Source of the DNA: an uncultured Muribaculaceae bacterium
GTDB taxonomy: Bacteria > Bacteroidota > Bacteroidia > Bacteroidales > Muribaculaceae
DNA: 64,000 nt
Assembly: GCA_947632485.1 (NCBI GenBank)
Contig: CANRPJ010000011.1
Location: forward strand, 17,852-81,851
Direction of reading: 5' to 3'
Within the stretch, counting starts at the first letter, position 1, and each line of letters begins with the position of its first letter. The notes beneath the pieces are model-generated. The model searched no databases, had not been told where the DNA came from, and saw nothing but the letters and a program-made list of their open reading frames with translations. Made by a program: the position numbers and the translations under genes. Of this stretch, positions 60,601 through 64,000 are shown one piece after another.

Positions 60601-60958
60601 GCATAAGGGCTGCGGCAAGAGCCGCGGCAACCAGCCAACCGGCATTACTTCCGCCTCCGGTGCCTCCGCGCTCCGGAGGCGATGTAGTATGAATGCTAAC
60701 CGTATCAGTACGCAGCCGCCACAGAGTGTCGCGCCTAACGGCTGTGCGCACTCTCTCCCGAACTATCCTTTCCACTACGGTATCTCCCCGCTGCACTACT
60801 ATCACGCTATCGCGGAGCCACACCGAATCAGCGCGCACAGCGACTCGCGCAGTAGAATCGGCTACCACTTTTATCTTCTCCACAGGGAGATACACCTTTC
60901 TCGTGCATGAGGTAGATGCAAGAAGGGCTATAGAGCCCAGAATCCAAAATTTCTTCAT
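60575..60958 (-). CDS. lipoprotein with C-terminal TM helix (unimolecular-spanin-like topology)
   Basis: Signal ending STSC, beta-rich middle and C-terminal WLVAAALAAALMLSIWVLRR. It has a consensus promoter upstream. Confidence 0.75.
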   Translation of the reverse strand: MKKFWILGSIALLASTSCTRKVYLPVEKIKVVADSTARVAVRADSVWLRDSVIVVQRGDTVVERIVRERVRTAVRRDTLWRLRTDTVSIHTTSPPERGGTGGGSNAGWLVAAALAAALMLSIWVLRR

Positions 60959-60999
60959 AAAGCAAGTAAGTTTTAATGGTTAAATCAAGTTTTACGCTG

Positions 61000-61031
61000 C
61001 AAAGTTACAACATCTCCAAGAATTTTCCAAA
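61000..61031 (-). promoter_or_regulatory. consensus sigma-A promoter for the spanin-like gene
   Basis: TTTG (61028-61031), a 20-nt spacer, then TAACTTTG (61000-61007). Confidence 0.8.
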
Positions 61032-61072
61032 TTTTTCAACAAAAAAATTTTCTTAGTTAAGTAATTTATCTG

Positions 61073-61080
61073 TAACTTTG
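61073..61080 (+). promoter_or_regulatory. sigma-A -7 element for the GH109 gene
   Basis: TAACTTTG, 26 nt upstream of the ATG. Confidence 0.7.
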
Positions 61081-61106
61081 GGGCTTAAACATAACTAATC
61101 GTAACA

Positions 61107-62498
61107 ATGAAAAAACTTTTGCTGACTCTGGCAGCCTGCGCGCTTAGCGTGGCAGGCACTCTGGCCGCCGACAACACCCGCACGATCAAGACCGACGTGC
61201 CCGCCCGTCCCGCCGGCCAGCAAGATATGATAGAATTTGCAGCTGCTCCGATGGAGACCGTGCGCGTAGGTGTGGTAGGCCTCGGTATGCGTGGCCCTGG
61301 CGCCGTGGAGCGTATGCTGGAAATTCCCGGTGCCGAGGTTACTGCTCTGTGCGATATAGAGCCGACTCGAGTAGAGAAGGCCGCCAAGATGGTGACAGAC
61401 GCAGGGAAGAAGAAGCCTGCAATGTATTCCGGCGGACCGGAAGAGTATAAGAAGCTGTGCGAGGATCCGAATGTGGATCTGGTATATGTCGTGACGGACT
61501 GGGACGACCACGTGCCCGTAGCCCTTTACGCAATGGAGCACGGCAAGCACGCCGCTATCGAAGTTCCTGCAGCTCACACATTAGAGCAGATCTGGGACCT
61601 GATCAACACCTCTGAGCGTACCCGCAAGCACTGCATGATGCTGGAAAACTGCTGCTATGATTTCTTCGAGCTGAATACATTGTATATGGCACAGCAGGGT
61701 CTTCTCGGCGACATCCTGCACGGTGAGGGCGCTTATATCCACAATCTCGAACCGTTCTGGCGTCATTATCACGACAACTGGCGTCTGGATTTCAACCGTC
61801 GCACCCGCGGAGATGTGTATGCCACCCACGGTCTTGGCCCTGTAGCTCAGGTAATGGATATCCATCGCGGCGACAATTTCACGACCCTCGTAGCCATGGA
61901 CACCAAGGCCGCTACGGGTCCGGAAATCTGGGAAAAGCAGGAGGGTGAGAAGCCGGCCTCTTTCGCCAACGGTGACCATACGATGAGTATGCTTCGCACA
62001 AAGAACGGCCGCACGGTATTGGTGGAGCACGATGTGATGAATCCGCGTCCTTACAGCCGTATGTATCAGATTACGGGAACGAAAGGCTTCGCCAACAAGT
62101 ATCCTACAGAAGGCTATGCTTTCGAGAAGGGTCAGATATCCAGCTCCGAGATGCCAGACCATGAGAATCTGTCGGGCCATGAGTTCATGACCGACGCCCA
62201 GGTAGAAGCTCTCCTGAAGGATTATACCCACCCTCTGATCACGGAAATCGGTGAGAAGGCTAAAGAGGTAGGCGGCCACGGCGGCATGGACTATATCATG
62301 GACTATCGCTTGATCTACTGCCTGCGCAACGGTCTGCCTCTGGATATGGACGTGTATGACCTGGCTGAATGGTGTGCAGTGGCTCCTCTCTCAAAGATTT
62401 CACTGGAGAATGGCTCTGCTCCTGTAGAGTTCCCCGACTTCACGCGCGGCGGTCTCGATAAGGTGAAGGGCTATAAGCACCACTATCCGGCGAAGTAA
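61107..62498 (+). CDS. GH109 / Gfo-Idh-MocA family NAD-dependent alpha-N-acetylgalactosaminidase-like enzyme
   Basis: Signal peptide, GLGMRG, IEVPAA, MMLENCCY, YATHGLGP and GGHGGMD. Confidence 0.88.
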   Translation: MKKLLLTLAACALSVAGTLAADNTRTIKTDVPARPAGQQDMIEFAAAPMETVRVGVVGLGMRGPGAVERMLEIPGAEVTALCDIEPTRVEKAAKMVTDAGKKKPAMYSGGPEEYKKLCEDPNVDLVYVVTDWDDHVPVALYAMEHGKHAAIEVPAAHTLEQIWDLINTSERTRKHCMMLENCCYDFFELNTLYMAQQGLLGDILHGEGAYIHNLEPFWRHYHDNWRLDFNRRTRGDVYATHGLGPVAQVMDIHRGDNFTTLVAMDTKAATGPEIWEKQEGEKPASFANGDHTMSMLRTKNGRTVLVEHDVMNPRPYSRMYQITGTKGFANKYPTEGYAFEKGQISSSEMPDHENLSGHEFMTDAQVEALLKDYTHPLITEIGEKAKEVGGHGGMDYIMDYRLIYCLRNGLPLDMDVYDLAEWCAVAPLSKISLENGSAPVEFPDFTRGGLDKVKGYKHHYPAK

Positions 62499-62519
62499 GA
62501 AAGCTTAATAATCAATAGG

Positions 62520-62563
62520 TTCGGAGAATCCGGGGCAATGCCGGGTTCTCCGAATTTTCTTTT
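62520..62563 (+). terminator. intrinsic terminator of the GH109 gene
   Basis: TTCGGAGAATCCGG-ggcaatg-CCGGGTTCTCCGAA followed by TTTTCTTTT. Confidence 0.88.
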
Positions 62564-62600
62564 GGGATCGAGACCTCGATGAGCGGAGGGCTATCGGAGA

Positions 62601-62765
62601 GAGTAGCGCTTTGAGCTGAAGCTCAATGTCTTGGACAAAAAAATGGCTGATAGACCTTAATCAGGGGGGAGAGCTATCTAAGGGAGCAGCGCTTGAGCTG
62701 AAGCTCAAGGGCTTGGACAAAAAATTAGCAGATAGACCGCTAATCGGAGGGGGAGCTAGCAGAGG
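62601..62765. repeat. two tandem copies of an 83-bp unit containing the TTGAGCTGAAGCTCAA palindrome
   Basis: Units begin at 62601 and 62684 and share TTGAGCTGAAGCTCAA, CTTGGACAAAAAA, GATAGACC and TAATC. Confidence 0.85.
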
Positions 62766-62780
62766 GATACAACAGAAGGA

Positions 62781-63680
62781 TCAGCGGAGGGCGGGAAATA
62801 TGGGGCGTCCGGTCCAGGCTTGAGGCTGAGTGAGGCCCAAGAGAGTGGCCATAGTGGCGGCAACATCGTACTGAAAGTATGATCCTTTCAACTCGCCAGG
62901 GACTATGCCAGGGCCGGCTATAATCAGTGGCGTCTCCATCTCCTGGAGGGTCATTCCGCCGTGGCCGGTCTTGATGCCACCGTGATCCGACGTGATTATA
63001 AATACAGTATCGTCGTAGATACCAGCATCTTTCGTGGCCTCTATCACTTTGGCAATCTCGCCGTCGAGGTAGGTGAGAATCTGATAGTAGTCGGTAGTGT
63101 CATGCCCTACGGCATGGCCCACATGATCGGGGTTATCGTAGGTAATCACCATCAGGGTAGGTTTGGCTTTCAGAATATGGTCGACAGCTGCGGCAGTGAT
63201 TGGAGAGGAGTCGTTGTTTTCGCCGACGGGTACATTTGCATGATGCGAAATTGAAAGGGTATCAACAAGATAGGCGATACCGTCCCACTCATAGACGGCG
63301 GCTGTAGGCTCCGAAGGCCGCTGCTGCTTCATGAGGGTGAAAATGGTTGAGGGCATTCCGTTAGGCCCTATCTCTACGGGAGGAATCTCTGGCGTGCGGC
63401 TGCCCCAATCTGTATAACCGTGACCCTCGGTGGGTAGACCCATGAAGAGCGAGGCCCAGTTGATGGCGCTACTCGAAGGAAGCACGGCACGCTTTTTAAG
63501 CGTCCACGCTCCATTGTTCATAAGAGCCTTAACCGTAGGCATTTCCGCCTTCGGCACCGAATAGGCGCCCCAGCCGTCGAGACCGATAAATACCACATGA
63601 CCCGGCTTTTCTGCACTCAGGCGTGAAGGAAGAGCGATAGCCACGACGGCCAGCAGAAATGGAATTAAGATTTTTTTCAT
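62781..63680 (-). CDS. alkaline phosphatase superfamily (phosphodiesterase/nucleotide pyrophosphatase-like) protein
   Basis: Signal peptide, IGLDGWG, PSSSAINWAS, PDHVGH and TSDHGG metal-binding motifs. Confidence 0.88.
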   Translation of the reverse strand: MKKILIPFLLAVVAIALPSRLSAEKPGHVVFIGLDGWGAYSVPKAEMPTVKALMNNGAWTLKKRAVLPSSSAINWASLFMGLPTEGHGYTDWGSRTPEIPPVEIGPNGMPSTIFTLMKQQRPSEPTAAVYEWDGIAYLVDTLSISHHANVPVGENNDSSPITAAAVDHILKAKPTLMVITYDNPDHVGHAVGHDTTDYYQILTYLDGEIAKVIEATKDAGIYDDTVFIITSDHGGIKTGHGGMTLQEMETPLIIAGPGIVPGELKGSYFQYDVAATMATLLGLTQPQAWTGRPIFPALR

Positions 63681-63709
63681 GAGAGCAAGTTTTTTTATGA
63701 CTATGGGAT

Positions 63710-64000
63710 TTAGAGGGTTTTGAGGAGTTTGGCTGGGACGCCGCCTACTATCGCACGGGCTGGCACGTCTTTATTCACTACTGCTCCAGCCGCTATTATC
63801 GCACCTTCACCGATAGTGACACCTTGCAGAATCGTGACATTGGCCCCTATCCATACCTTATCTCCGATCTTCACTGGCGCCGGCACCATATCGCCACGGC
63901 GGTCGGGATCCATAGCATGATTAAGGGTGGCGATCACGCAGTTGTGGCCTACGAGCACGTCGTCGCCGATAGTGACGCCTCCCTGGTCCTGAAATTTACA
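63710..64000 (-). CDS. hexapeptide-repeat sugar O-acetyltransferase (maltose/galactoside acetyltransferase-like), 5' end outside window
   Basis: [34 protein letters not shown] and VGGVPAK. Frame is open to the window edge. Confidence 0.88.
   Translation of the reverse strand, partial: CKFQDQGGVTIGDDVLVGHNCVIATLNHAMDPDRRGDMVPAPVKIGDKVWIGANVTILQGVTIGEGAIIAAGAVVNKDVPARAIVGGVPAKLLKTL

Noticed and set aside
60250-61100. Prophage around the spanin-like gene
   Set aside because: No integrase, structural, holin or endolysin genes, and the flanks are queG and a GH109 gene.
62601-62765. CRISPR array or the 65-aa ORF at 62626-62823
   Set aside because: Only two long units with no unique spacers and no cas genes. 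The ORF just translates the repeat and runs into the convergent gene.

Overview
Mostly core chromosome of a high-GC Bacteroidales bacterium. The TAnnTTTG promoters, gene content and GC level suggest Muribaculaceae, which is an inference. About 54 CDS are supported: central metabolism and housekeeping genes (dusB, pckA, crcB, rpoN, mdh, rnr, folA-thyA, yidC, pyrG, uvrC-apt-mnmG-ybeY), a dcw division cluster lacking mraZ (rsmH to ftsZ), purD-pdxB-rnhA-queG, and scattered glycan enzymes (GH29, GH43, GH109, a six-hairpin glycosidase, two GT4s, a Wzx flippase). A perfect parS palindrome next to mnmG suggests the window is origin-proximal. No rRNA, tRNA, CRISPR array, transposase or integrase was found. 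The most unusual part is the rpoN-mdh interval (9724-11845). There a low-GC orphan lipoprotein gene is bracketed by two directly repeated 65-bp palindromic elements, each with a 13-7-13 inverted-arm core, together with a third inverted 65-bp relative and several hairpin-rich stretches. Other leads are an orphan lipoprotein with unimolecular-spanin topology and six O-glycosylation sequons, a structured pyrG leader that may sense CTP, an unexplained terminator implying an sRNA between ybeY and a GT4 gene, and an 83-bp tandem element flanked by a 10-bp direct repeat. All alignments and counts were done by hand and no database was searched.
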